Positions 48,801 through 61,500 of a stretch of 64,000 nucleotides of DNA are shown in pieces. The notes below the pieces were generated by a model that saw nothing but the letters and a program-made list of their open reading frames with translations, was not told where the DNA came from and did no database searches. Each line of letters starts with the position of its first letter. Position 1 is the first letter of the stretch. Position numbers and translations under genes: made by a program. This DNA is from Convolutriloba macropyga (lineage: Eukaryota). Location of the stretch: assembly GCF_964194025.1 (NCBI RefSeq), contig NC_134476.1, positions 24,924,001-24,988,000 on the forward strand, written 5' to 3'.

Positions 48801-51800
48801 TCTATCATATTTTCCGTTCCCATTTTTCGGTCTTCGTTTCGAGACTACAGCCTCGGAAGCTAAAGCAGCAATTTTCTCTCAATCTGCCAGCTATTTTCAT
48901 TTAACTCGTTATTATTCATTTTCTCTGTTTTCTATTCAGTGAAGAATGTTTTTGTGTTATAATTGGCAACAAAGAACAATTCTAGATATAATACCAACTA
49001 TTTGAAAATTATGTCTAATTTGAAAAAACATTAGCGACCAAAATCATTAGTTTGACCGTCAAAATTTTATAGAGCAGTTCTGAAAACTCAAAACGACAGC
49101 CAAAATTTTTCTCTAAGTGACAAAAAAGTTCTAATTTCGTAGCTTCAAAAAATGGCAAACTCAGCCTCTAAATAGAAGAATAAGCTGAAAACCAATAACA
49201 GTTAGCAGTGTATTCTCAGGAGTTCTGATAATTTACCGCACTAAGACAAGTGTTCACAAACATTATCTCATAGATCCCGAGCTTCATTGTTTTCACATCG
49301 CTTTTTGAGAATTACCGCATTTTCGCAAATCTGTTGAATCAATGATAGCTTCTGGTCAGTTGAAACATTGAGTGAGGTAACTCAAAAATCAAAGGTGAGA
49401 ATCTTGATCTGAACAAATAAACTAATCGAAAAATAAACAGAAAAAAGCATACCATAAAGTATTGTGTTGAGATACAATCCGAAGTTGAAAGAAAAATCGA
49501 AAATATTGTGCCCAAGCAACAGACCAAATGACAATCACAGCAGCCAAACAGACAACCATATCTTCACAGGATCAGAAAAAAAAGCATTCGAAGTTTAAAA
49601 ACTTTATGATCAGTGTGTTAAAAATCAAGATCCCCTTGAGTATCTGGGTCCAAAATTTTAGGACAAAACTGATGTCAAAATTAATGTATGGACAGCACCA
49701 AGCTGAAAAAAGTTAAGTAATTCTTCAGCTCCACAAATACGGAAGAAAGAAAACATTCCAAAACTTCAACCAAAAAAATTTGCGAATTTGTTTTCCTCTT
49801 CATACTTATGAAAGCCAAACCAAGTTATCTTACACAATTTTATAAAAACAACTATCTTGCATGCTAGCAGAAAACTTGCCGCACATACAGAGGCAAACAG
49901 AAGAGAAATAAAAAATTGGAAATAACCAAGAGTACAAGAAAAATGAAAATGTTCGCTATGCCCTCGAAACCAAAAACTCAGCCACTAAAACACATTGAAA
50001 AGCTTCATTGCACCCAAAAAGTGAAAAAACGAATTTCATAAAATTATGAAAAGGTTTTGATCATAATTTTATGAAAATCTAATAAGATCATATTTCTCTG
50101 ACACTAGACACTATCCATTAACCAATCGTCCAGCTGTAAAAATTCCAAATTGCCACAGTTAAAAGAAACCGTTCAAAATTAATGCATCGGCTTTAGATAC
50201 AACCCAGTTACACATCCACAAGTCCCAAAAGGTTATTGACTCCTAAGGATCGAAAAATTAAATTAAAAAGAACAAAAGTATGCTAAAGAATCAAAATTGT
50301 CAGAAATCACTATCATTTTAGATGTTCAAGTTTGCATTAAGTTTGTGTTTAAGTTTAATCATTTTGACTTTGTTTAAGTTTAAACAATTTAGGTGTTTAA
50401 GTTTGTATTAAAACAGCATTAAGCACGAAAAACGGACATAAAAACAAATTATAGCTACCGAAAGACATTAACAAACTTCGAAAAGCGTTAAACTAACATC
50501 CAACTAACCAAATTCCAGAAAATGTCAAAGACCATGAAAAATCGAACCTTTTAGGCTCGGAATTATGTGACCTTTTCATCTTGAAATCAGCCTACCCACC
50601 AGTTTCAGCACTCTAGGCACATGAAATAAACTACTAAAGCCAGCTCCGGTTTTCCAGTGAAACTTACTGACCACTGGGCGTTACCTGTTCATTACGTTTT
50701 GAGAGCTCTTAAGTCATGAAAGAACTTTTGAAAACAAAAAACGAGAAACCCATAATTTTCCTTCCTTTCATTATAGCCTGATCAGAATCAACATTCTAAT
50801 CGGCCTTCTCATTGATATCAAATTTTTACATCTCGCTTCAAATCAGCTTGTCTGCGTTCATTATTTATTTGATTGGTTAAATTCCGGGTCCGACGCCATT
50901 TTTGCACTTATTAGAGCGAGTTGTTTTCATTCGCGCGACCTCACCCAAAAAAAATTCATTTCTAAAATTGACTTTTGCCAGTTGAACTAATTTGTCGGTT
51001 AGGTCAGTTCAGGATGAAATCTGAAGCCAAATTGGGGGCAAATTTAGAGCACATGTCTGACAGATTATAGACATAGCCAGAACTCCATCAAATTTTCCGT
51101 TCACGTTTTTAGGGGTCTTCTCAAGACTACAGCCGCGGAAGCTGAAGCAGCCACTTTCTCTCAATCTGCCAGCTATTTTCATTTAACTCGTTTATTTTCA
51201 TTTTCTCTTTTGCATTCAGAGAAGAATTTTTTCGTGGTATAATTGGCAACAAAGAACAATTCGAGATACAAAACCAACTATTTGAAAATTTCTGTCTATT
51301 TTCAAAAAACAACAACGACCAATATCATCAGTTTGACCGTCAAAATTTTATAGAGCAATTCGTAAAAAATCACAACGACAGCCAAAACTTTTCTAGGTAG
51401 CTCCGAAAAATGGCAAACTCAGCCTCCAAAAAGGAGGATAAACTGCAAATCAATAACAGTAAGAGAGGTACTCTCACAACTTATCGCACTAAGTCAAGTC
51501 TTCACAAAACATTAAGTCTTAGTGCCCAGACTTCATTGTTTCCATTTCCTTGGACATATGCAAAAATCTGCTGACCAATGAAAAATCCCGCTCAGTTGGA
51601 ACAATGAGTGAGATATCTCAAAAAGCAAACGTGAAAGTCGTGACCTAATTAAAACAAAATGATCAAAAAATAAAACCAAATGAAAAAGCATACTACGGCG
51701 TCCTGAAATACAATCGGAAGAGTTGAATGAAAAATTGATAACTGCTGTGCCGAAGAAGCAGACCAATTGACAATCACAGCAGCCAAACAGGCAATCAAAG

Positions 51801-53250
51801 CTCCACAAAATCAGAAAAATAGCATTCGTAGTTTATATACTTTCATGATCAGTGTGTGTCAAATACCGAGATTCGCTGGAGTTTCTGGTTTCGAAATTTT
51901 AAGACGAAATTGTGATGTAAAAATTTTTGTATAGACAGCACAAGCTCAAGCTGAAAAAAGTTATTCAATTCTTCAGCTCTACAAACACGAAAGTATGAGA
52001 ACATGAAAACATTCCAAAAACTTCAAAGAAGATCATTGCAATTTTGTCTTAATCTTCATACTTATGAACACAAACCCAAATTTTTTTTTAACTCAAATCT
52101 ATATAACAACTTATGAGCAGGCTAGAAGAAAACTTGATGCACATACAGAGGCAACCAAAAAAAAAGAAAACAGAATATGGAAATAACCAAAAAAAAAACA
52201 AGCATGTCGCTAATGTTCTTGACGCTATGACCGCAAAACCAAAAATTCAGCTATTAAATCACACACTAAAAAATTCATTGCCCCGGCATTGAAAAAAATT
52301 TCACAAAATTATGAATAATTACAACAATTTCTGATAACACGATCATTTCTTTGTCTCTAGAAACTATCCAGTAACCAATCTTCCATCACCAAAAAATATC
52401 ATTGTCCCCTACAGATAAAAAACAACAAGTCAAAGTTGCCGCAGTTCATGATCGGAACACGTTTAAACATGTTCTCTTGGCTATAGATACTATCCAGTAA
52501 CAAATCAACAGGGCCCAAAAAAGGTATTAACTCCTAAGGATCTAAAAGTTTAAAATCAAAGTAACAAACATTCAAATGACCTCAAAAAAGGGCAAATATC
52601 ACTATCATTTCAGGTGTTTAAGTTTGCATTAGAACAACATAGAGCACGAAAAACGGACACAAAAAGAAGGAATTATAGCTTGCAAAAGACCTTAATGAGC
52701 CTTGAAAAGCGTTAATTTATTATCCAACTAACTGAGTTCCAGAAGATGACAAAACCGTGGAAAAATTGAACTTTTCAGGTTCACAAACAACAAGTGACGT
52801 TTTCATCTTTAATTAAGCCTACCCAGCAGGTTCAACCCCAGTCGATTTCGAATGGTTATCTTGCAAGATTCTGGCAGATTCTGCCAGAATCTTGCAAGAT
52901 AACCATTTTTCTGCCAGAATCTTGCAAGATAACCATTTTTCTGCCAGAATCTTGCAAGATAGGCAGTTTTTGCAAGATTCTGGCAGAATCTTGCAAGATA
53001 ACCATCTGGTCTCGACTGGGGAACACTCTAAGCACTTGGAATAAACTACTAAAGCCAGCTCAGGGCTTCGAATGAAACTTAATGCGCAGTGGACGTTAAC
53101 TGCTTATCACGCTTTGAAAGCTCTAAGTCATGGAAGAATTTCTGAAAACAGAAAACAAGAGAATCCAATAGTTTTCGCTCCTTTTACTCTAGCGTGATTA
53201 AAATCACCATTCTAATTTTACTTCTCATTGATATCGAAATTTCAAGATCT
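42821..53250. repeat. Tandem array, about 4.7 units of ~2.1-2.3 kb
   Basis: Unit start ggtga(a/g)aatc.tgatct recurs at about 42821, 45128, 47303, 49394 and 51630, with shared internal blocks such as cactatcattttaggtgtttaagtttgcattaag. Confidence 0.92.
52836..53021. mobile_element. 186-bp MITE-like insertion with TIRs and internal 30-bp repeats
   Basis: TIRs CCCCAGTCGA...TCGACTGGGG flanked by AA/AA, with repeated palindrome ATCTTGCAAGAT. It is absent from the same site (cccagcagcttcagcactcta) in the other array units. Confidence 0.88.
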
Positions 53251-53678
53251 CAAAAAAGACAGCCCCCTCTCCCTAATACAAAACAAGCCCTCTGATTCAA
53301 AGTCCCTTAGACAAATTGCACATTAAAAAAAATCAACATATCCCCAAAGATGTTTCAGTTTTTACAGATTTTTTCAATTCTAGTTAGCAATTGCATTAAC
53401 TAGATTTTCTTGTATCATCAAAAATTTCACACTCCAAGATCGAGTTTCCCCTTCACCGGTAGAGCGAGCTCATCTCTAATTGATAATCTTCTTCCTTTCT
53501 AATGGCATTTATAAACTGAAATGTAGCCTCGCACCTTTTATTAGTATGTTTTAAAACTAGTGTCCGCGCAAAAAATTGTCCGTTTTGTTTGCTTACACAG
53601 TTTACCTAATACAAAAATTTTATTCGCTGGGGAAAAAGAAGGAGTTCTGAACAGTCAATGATGAGTTGCAATGTTTAG

Positions 53679-53854
53679 AAGACGAGAGACCACGATCTAT
53701 AATGTCAAATGTGATCGGAGAGTCAAAAACGAATGATTGGGGCTTTTACAATCAGCAGATCTATGTTGGAAATGAGGCAGAGAGCCATAGGAGTATACTT
53801 AACCTCAAGTACCCAATGTCAGATGGATACATTAAATATCCGGACAAAATGAAA
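53679..53854 (+). CDS. Actin-like protein, exon 2
   Basis: Acceptor tgtttag|. EDERPRSIMSNVIGE...IYVGNEAESHRSILNLKYPMSDGYIKYPDKMK corresponds to actin DDAPRAVFPSIVG...[22 protein letters not shown]. Donor |GTACTG, phase 0. Confidence 0.9.
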
Positions 53855-54133
53855 GTACTGTAAAAAGTCCATAATTCAATTTTGTTTGTAAACTCAATGC
53901 AGTGCTGATTCACCCGCCATTAACATGATATCTTTGAACTCTTTGTTAGAAATGAAAAGGTTGCAGTCAAGTGTGACAATAAATAGCTCGAGCAGATAGC
54001 ATCCTAGGCAACTTTATTGGTTATTTCAGCGGTAATGTTGTTTAGAAGCATATGAAGAAGCGTATTTCAGTCGTGTTAGAGATCGATCTACGTGTCCTGG
54101 TTTTTCTTTTTATAAATAATTACAAATGTTTAG

Positions 54134-54215
54134 ATTGTTTGGGAACACATTTTCGAAGAGGAGCTGCGCATCAGCCCTTCACAAGGACCTGTTACCCTCA
54201 CTTACGCTCCTTTGG
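54134..54215 (+). CDS. Actin-like protein, exon 3
   Basis: tgtttag| IVWEHIFEEELRISPSQGPVTLTYAPL |GTAAGT; corresponds to actin [26 protein letters not shown]. Confidence 0.92.
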
Positions 54216-57200
54216 GTAAGTATGCATCAATTCATGTCATATTCAACAATCTTACCATAGTCACACCGTTTGCCATACTGTGCTATACGCCAGCAACCAC
54301 CCTCGTGTTTTATCTCGAATCAGACTTTATCTAGACTCAAGGACAAAATCAAATTTCAAGTTCTGGACTACATTTGGAAATACACCCAGCAGTCTGGACA
54401 CAGATATCCAGCAACAGACAAGTAATCTACTCAATTGTTAATTGATTTAAACTGACTCTGTTCTGATTCAACTCACCAAATAATGCCAAAATGAGCTTTT
54501 TAAATATTTAATTGTCAAAGGCTCAAAAATGAAAATTCTTTTTTATATTGACCAAATTTTTTCTGGATTGAACAGCCAAACCAACTGTAGTTGCAGTCCT
54601 TACAAGTCGAATAGGTCGAATTTCTAAAGCGATGCGGGGTTTAATTTAATCGTTTAATTGTGACCAAAAATTGCTCAACGCAATTGAGATTAGAACTAAT
54701 TTCTAAAAAGTTGAACAATTGGAGCTATGTGCCACAGAAAACAAGCAGAAATTTTAAACAGAAAGTTAACAACTTTTTGCGCTTTTATCCGTGAAAAAAG
54801 ACACCACTCCTATGTGATTTGACATTAAACAAGGTGACTCGGTAATGTGCGATCTCACATAAGGTTCCGACCCCGCTCATCCACAAATTTGGCTTGATTG
54901 TCTACCAAATGAGGAACATAGAAAAACCAAAAAATTCAAGTTTTTTAAAAAAAAATTGGCCTATGAACGAAAAGAAAGTCTCCAAAGCAAATAACTGTGG
55001 TGGAGTAAAAATGGCGCATTACATTGATGAGATGTGCAAATATTAAGAAAGCGAGTCAAGACGAACAGCAAAATCAAACAACAGCAACAACAAAAATTAA
55101 TTACATCAAAAACTTCATGTCCGTTTTAAAAAATAAAACTTAATAACTAAGTCAAAATACAGTCAGATAAAACTCATATTAAACAATATAACTTTTAATT
55201 CACCAGAAAAGATAAGGGAGTAGTCAATAAAAAGGCTTGGTAACAATTAGACAATAAAGAACAAAAACAGTAAAATTTAAAAATTCGCTTATTCTTTTTA
55301 AAAAAATTAATTTCGAATAATGAAAACCATTAGAAATCAAATAAAATATCCCATAGGTGTACGATTACCAATGCTTCCATAGAAGAAATTAAGAGCTGCC
55401 GGTATTCAATTTTTTACGCGGTTACAAAAAGAACATATAGACAACAAACAAAAAATCAAATAAAACGTGGCAGAATACGCTTTCGAAACCGTAAAGCCAT
55501 ACTATGGCCATCAAAATGTGTTCAATCGCACTTTATGCAACCACCGATAATGTATTATGTGACCTCTCATTAATGAAGCTAGGTAACAAGTAGACAAAAA
55601 AGGAAAACCAAATGCAAAAATAAGTAACACTTAAATTTTTTTCGAAAAAAAATATTTCCAAAGACATGAACGCCATTAATTACAGAATAAAAAATTAATT
55701 AGGTTTGTATATTCTTCCAAAAGAAGCCCATAAGAATTTAAATTATACAGAATATGTCTTATGTCTACAAAACGAACGTGACAAACATGACAAAAATCAA
55801 AAATTAATTTACTTTTTTTTCGTGTCGAAGCCTGTAAAGTCAACGAATTCTTTAAAAACATTAATTGCGTGACACTAATCCCCTTTTGAAACCTTCTTTT
55901 GACAACAATAAAGTCATAATTGGCCTGTAATTAACGAGACTAGATAACAACCAGACAATAAAAGGAACAAAATTGCGAAGTTAAAAGTGTTCTTTTTAAA
56001 TTTGGACAATTTGTTTTCAGAGTGATGAAAGCTATCATCTATCTACTAAAATCAGAAGATCGTCTCATCTATTCCTCCACAAAAAGGCAATGAAACGGGG
56101 TCATTGTACAGTAAAACTTCATACGACTAAAAAGACAAAGTAAAAACGGCAGTAAAAGAGAATTTAAAATCAATCAAATTTTTCGAGAAAGTAGTGTCGA
56201 CGCCATTAAAATCATAATCTATATCCTCAAGCATTTTAATACTATCAATTGTGCCTTATTTTGAAAGCCAATATTGTGATATATAAACTGCCAATAACGT
56301 GATAATGTGACAAAACTAGAAAACGTGAAAAATGGGCAAATAACTAAAAGTTAAGAAAATTTGAAATCTAGTTGTATCAAAGCCAATAGCTATAACTTAA
56401 GCGGTAAAACCTCAATAAGGATTAAATTTTATTTTAATAGAAAGAAGAAGCATTCTTTCATTGCGGATAATAAGCTACAAGTTGACCAAAGAAAGAGAAA
56501 AATAGAGGCAAAAGTTCAATAAGTCATTAATTATTTGAAAATCAAATACTTTTAAAAGTCAAAACGACCATAAGCTTCCAAGTAATCAACTAGATAAAAT
56601 AATGTGGAGCTAATTAGGATCCCAATTGGAACTATCATTAGTGAGCTTTTTTGAAATGTTCCGTTATTTAATTATTGTAGAAGAGATCGTGTTTTTTTTA
56701 TAAAAAAAAGACCGACTGTTTACAATCCGAATTATTTTTGTATTATACCAGTCCATGATTGGTCCAAATTAAGCCCTGCTAATGCTGTTTGTTCTTTAAG
56801 AACACTTAATTATTCGAATGTTATATATATTGACTTTTTGTCAATTAAAAAAAAATCAAAAATAGATGCTGCGTGTTTGATAATCAACGAATAAATTTAG
56901 CAAAAAACGGCGAAGTTTTAATTACAGAGCACTCTCAACGGAGTTTGAAGTAAAAAAGCCCCCTTTTGAGTCTACAAAAATTGCGTTAGTGGTGTTTGGG
57001 TCTGTACTTCCTGTAAATTTAATCAAAATGGACTAAATAAACTTATTTCGTGCTGTGGAAAAACTAACTCGAGGTAGAAAGCTGATAACTCTATTTAACG
57101 TCAATAGATTGAAAATTATCAAATCAATGTTAACCATAAAAATTGAACTCTCATGTATTTGGAACTAAATTTAAAAAACGCGTATTTCCGGGGAAGAAAA

Positions 57201-57268
57201 AAAAATAAATTCAATCAGAACAATTTGTAAATTATAACGAACTAGCACGAGGTTAATTTCAATTTCAG

Positions 57269-57493
57269 CCGCAAGTGCAATGACGGACCGCATGCGTTCC
57301 ATCATGCTGAACATGGGCGCACCTTCGGTAACTCTGGTAAACACGGCTCTCATGACACTCCGATTCTCTGGAAGAGAGACTGGCCTAGTAATTGAGACAG
57401 GTAGCCAAGGCACATTTGTGGTCCCGGTCTATCAAGGCTCCCCGATTGACTCTGCCACTGTTAAAGTTGACGTCGCCGGACAAGATATCTCAA
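57269..57493 (+). CDS. Actin-like protein, exon 4
   Basis: atttcag| ...FSGRETGLVIETGSQGTFVVPVYQG...VDVAGQDIS |GTTAGT; corresponds to actin [25 protein letters not shown]...LDLAGRDLT. Confidence 0.92.
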
Positions 57494-58042
57494 GTTAGTT
57501 CCGGATTTGTCCAAAATCTCAAGAATCTCATTTTTTGCAGATTTTAGTTCCAGTACCTTGAGCAATTATTGGAACACTTGCGCATAACGTGAAGAGAGGA
57601 TATAGTCTACTATGTACCCAATCAGGTGAGGAGTGGAAAGATCCGATGTTTGCAATCAACGCGTGAATGAGACAACTCATACCAACATGATTTCTTTCCT
57701 AACATCCTTTTGAGCAAGGCCAAACTTAATTGCTAAATGAGTTTTGTCTCATAAAATTCCTTAATGTGTATCTGTTATTCAGGCCCCTTTTAAACATTTC
57801 AGTCATTCTGTGACTCAATAGCATAGACCCATCAAATTAAGAACCCAATTTATCCACCTTCATAGCGTTATAGGCACTCATGAAAACAGCAACTTGTCTT
57901 AAGCAGCAACCTCAAAAAAGAACGATTGTGGTAACTTTTGCGGTAGTAAAAGTAACTTTTGGGATACTAGCAAATAACTTTTGGGCAAGTATTAATAACT
58001 TTTGCAGAAGAAATAACTCGCTCTTTTTTTGTTTGCTTCCAG

Positions 58043-58506
58043 TATACTTGACAAAACTTCTACAAGAAGAGGGCACCAGTCTGATGTCAATGGGTGCCGA
58101 TTCAGCCATCATCGATGACATCAAAGCCAAAGTGTGCTACGTTGCCCAAAACTACGAAACCGAATCGGCGTCCATAGTCCTATACGAGATGCGTTGGGGT
58201 GACATAGTCCCAATTGGCGACGCCCAGTTCAAAGCACCAGAGCTTCTGTTCCAGCCTTATCTGAATGGAATAGAAAGCGTCGGTTTGATCGAAGCTGTAT
58301 CCTACGCAATCAACTATTGCGACTCTTCAATCCAAGGCCAACTTTGGGCTAACATTGTCCTAGGAGGCGGGAACTCCATGCTTAATGGACTAGCGGAGCG
58401 TCTTGATTCCGATCTCTCAGCACTGACTAGATATGCAGTCAATATTTATGCTTTGGATGGCAGAGATGTATCCGCTTGGAAAGGTGCTGCAGATTTCAGT
58501 TATTGA
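58043..58506 (+). CDS. Actin-like protein, exon 5 (last). Spliced CDS is 1059 nt, 352 aa
   Basis: Acceptor tgcttccag|. IIDDIKAKVCYVA, FKAPELLFQP, LWANIVLGGGNSMLNGLAERL and SAWKGA match actin [44 protein letters not shown] and SVWIGG. Stop at 58504-58506. Confidence 0.93.
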
Positions 58507-61500
58507 ATCTCTCAGCTTAAACTATATCAAAGCTTTTACTGACCAAGATAGAAATGCTAACTTCGCAAAATTTTCTACGCGTGCTAATAAATTTATGTAA
58601 AATATTGAAATTCAAACTAAACGATTAGAGAATACCAATATTACGTTCATTAGAGAGATAAAAAAAACAGTTCTAGCCGGTCAGTGCTAAGCTTCACCCA
58701 TCGTCTGAGCTTGTTCTTCCATATTTGCAATAAAACTCCAATGCTTGGCTAGGCTGCCAAGATGCCATTCCTAACATTGGTTCAATTGATTCCTACTAAA
58801 GTTATTCGGTTTCCAGACATATCTTTGGGCTCTTTTCTGAACCTACCAGACATTGTTCATTCCTGGTCCCACTGTCGGTTGGTTCCAGCTATCTCCCGGC
58901 GCCATGAGGAAACAAAGAAGTGTAAACCGCTCTCCTTTCAATCGGAGCGCGTATGCAAGGTACCTTTACAAAGCCTTTACAAGATATTTCACTTTTCATA
59001 ATTCGTTTGACTGGACATTGATTGAAGCTGTTGAATTCTGCTGACATCACCTTTCGACTTTAATGGCCATGTTTCACAAACATACAGGGTCTTATTTGGG
59101 CTTTAAAGAATCGCAGTTTAAATTTTCTGCTTAAATCTCTGCTTGACCACGGTTTTCAGGGACGCTTAAGGTCTTGGTTGCCTTGCGAATGCACTTAGTG
59201 GGTCATTTCAACATTGCCACACACGATGCTAATTAGGTAATAGAAGGCTAAGACAAACCTAACATCTTTGCATTCTCGAGAACAATCTTGAGGATTATTT
59301 GCTGCTGTTTAGCATAAACTTAGGTACAAAAATTATCAAATGATTGCAACAGTTCACTTTGTATCAAAGCGTATTAGCTAAGCTCAAATGAAAGAAATGC
59401 ACAGGTAATGCAGACCATTATAATTGTAAAAAATCTATCACAATTGTCTTAGTTTCGTACTAGGACAGGAGATTTGACCGCTGGCAGAAATCGATCTCGC
59501 TATCAGGTAAAAAAAGAAAGGTAATAAAAAACGCGATACAAATGAAGTAAGGTGAACAATTTTTTGAAGGAAACCATAATTACGCTGGTACAACTAAGTA
59601 TTTTTTATCATAAGGTCCTTACTGTCTATATACACTATACTCGGGTCGATCTGATGCATCTGCTACATCTTGGCGTGCGATAAAAACTATCACACGTGCA
59701 TAAAAATAAGTATACAAGAGAAGCTGACAGGTGATACCATTATTGAATAAAACCTGTTGAATTCATTTAAAATTAGTTTTAGCTTCAAACAAACAAAAAA
59801 GCTTTTAAAAAACGATAGAATGAGCACCAAATCAGCAACTTTAAAGCAAATAAAACAATTAATGCGTCTTTTAAAAAAAAGACAGAGCACATTCAAACAT
59901 ATAAGATGAAGGCTGTCGATATAACAAAAACCAAAAATTGCTCATGGCAGCTTTCCACCAACTCTAACTGCGCGCTGTTAAATGACACACGCACTCTTTT
60001 AGCACAAAATTGAAAAAATAAACAAAAAAAGCTCATTTTGGATTGAAGAGTGTTCTCAAAAGCATCAAGGCAATTGTTGCGTATTGAAACAAAGTCAATT
60101 ATTTAGTTGCAAAAAATATTAACTGATTGCTCTTCATTGAAACACACAGAGCAAAAAAAACGGCAAGTACAAAAAAGGCGCATTTAGCAAAACACAAAAA
60201 ATCTCTAAATAAGAGTTCCGAAAATCAGAGCTGCTAAACGCAAGTTCCAACTAACTGAAACATCACGAGATCGCACTTGAAATATTTTAAAGAATAGTGT
60301 GAAATGAACAATTAATAAAGAGTTATAGCAAACAGTGAAAACATCAAATATAAAAATTATGAATGAAGTCAGTCATTCTGATCAATATCTCGATTTCAAC
60401 ACATCAGAAGCATTAGTAAACATAGCACCTATTAACAACGGCAATATATAAAAACAGCAAAAAAAATCCGAAGTCCAAAATTTCACAGGAAACACGCGGT
60501 CAAAGTCAACCAGGACCATATTCGCGTAATGATAACTTCAAACAACAAAAACCGGATCATTGGAAAACACGGCATCAATTAAATAAGTAAACTATCAATA
60601 GTTAATGAAAATGCTCATTATATAAGAAGCAATAGTTGACTAAATGAAACAACGTAGACGGTAGATTTCCTGAATAGCTGCAAAATAGACTTGCGTGCCG
60701 TATAATATAGATAGAAACAGATACAGATATAAGTTGAAAATTTATAGGCGCCGCTCAAAAATCTAACAAAGTATTCAGCGATAAATTAAAGCTCGTTAAA
60801 ACTCTTTCCGCAGAAGCCTTTTTAATTACGGACCTTTATTACACACAAGAGTTACACCGACCTTGAACTAGTTCAAATTAAACTTAATACTTCAAAAGTT
60901 TTAAAGAAGTCACTCATGATAAAAATCTAATCAAGCAAAAAATGGAAACAGATACAGATATAAGTTGAAAAAGGTATTGACGCCGCTCAAAAAGCTATAT
61001 AAAAACATTCAGCGATAAATTAATAAAGCTTGTTAAAATTCATTTCACAGAAGCCTTTTAAATAGACACCTTTATTACACATATGAGTTCCTTTGACCTT
61101 AAACTAATTCAAAATAAACTTAAGTTTTAAAGTGCAAAAGTCATTTTATTGAGTGAGACAACTCGCATATGATCAAAATCTAATAAAGCAAATGACCTAA
61201 AAACTATTGCTAAAGAAGGAGAAAAATGAGGTCACGCGCGCAAACGCCGTTAGTGAGAGGAAGAAGTCATTAAGAAATTTTGACTTTTTCAGCTTTGCTG
61301 TGTGAACAAATGTAAAACAAAACATAAACCGACTAATTTCAGAAGAATTGCTCTTGAACGACAGGCAGGTGGAAAACATTTGACCCCGCTGGGGTTGAAA
61401 CCACTGATCTCCGGATCCATAACCAAACGCAGTGCCCACCACTTTTTGTTATGCTGCAACCACTTTTTGTTATGCTGCAACCAATTTTATATTAGCAACA

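Noticed and set aside
47248-49716. Repeated 62-aa ORFs
   Set aside because: They derive from the 2.2-kb tandem unit and are not open in all units.
52850-53005. 30-bp repeats superficially like a CRISPR array; 93-aa repetitive ORF 52794-53075
   Set aside because: There are no unique spacers and no cas genes, and the context is eukaryotic. The repeats are internal to a TIR-bounded MITE.
57880-58042. N-terminal part of the 208-aa ORF
   Set aside because: Intronic read-through. Actin similarity starts only after the acceptor at 58041-58042.
58680-59260. More GC-balanced stretch with 79-aa and 63-aa ORFs after the actin-like gene
   Set aside because: No recognisable domain or consistent splice sites. 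It may be a decayed transposon fragment.
61384-61442. tRNA-like sequence ending CGGGGTCA (Trp-like 3' end)
   Set aside because: The 5' acceptor strand and a clean cloverleaf are missing. Treated as a repeat-embedded remnant, not a tRNA gene.
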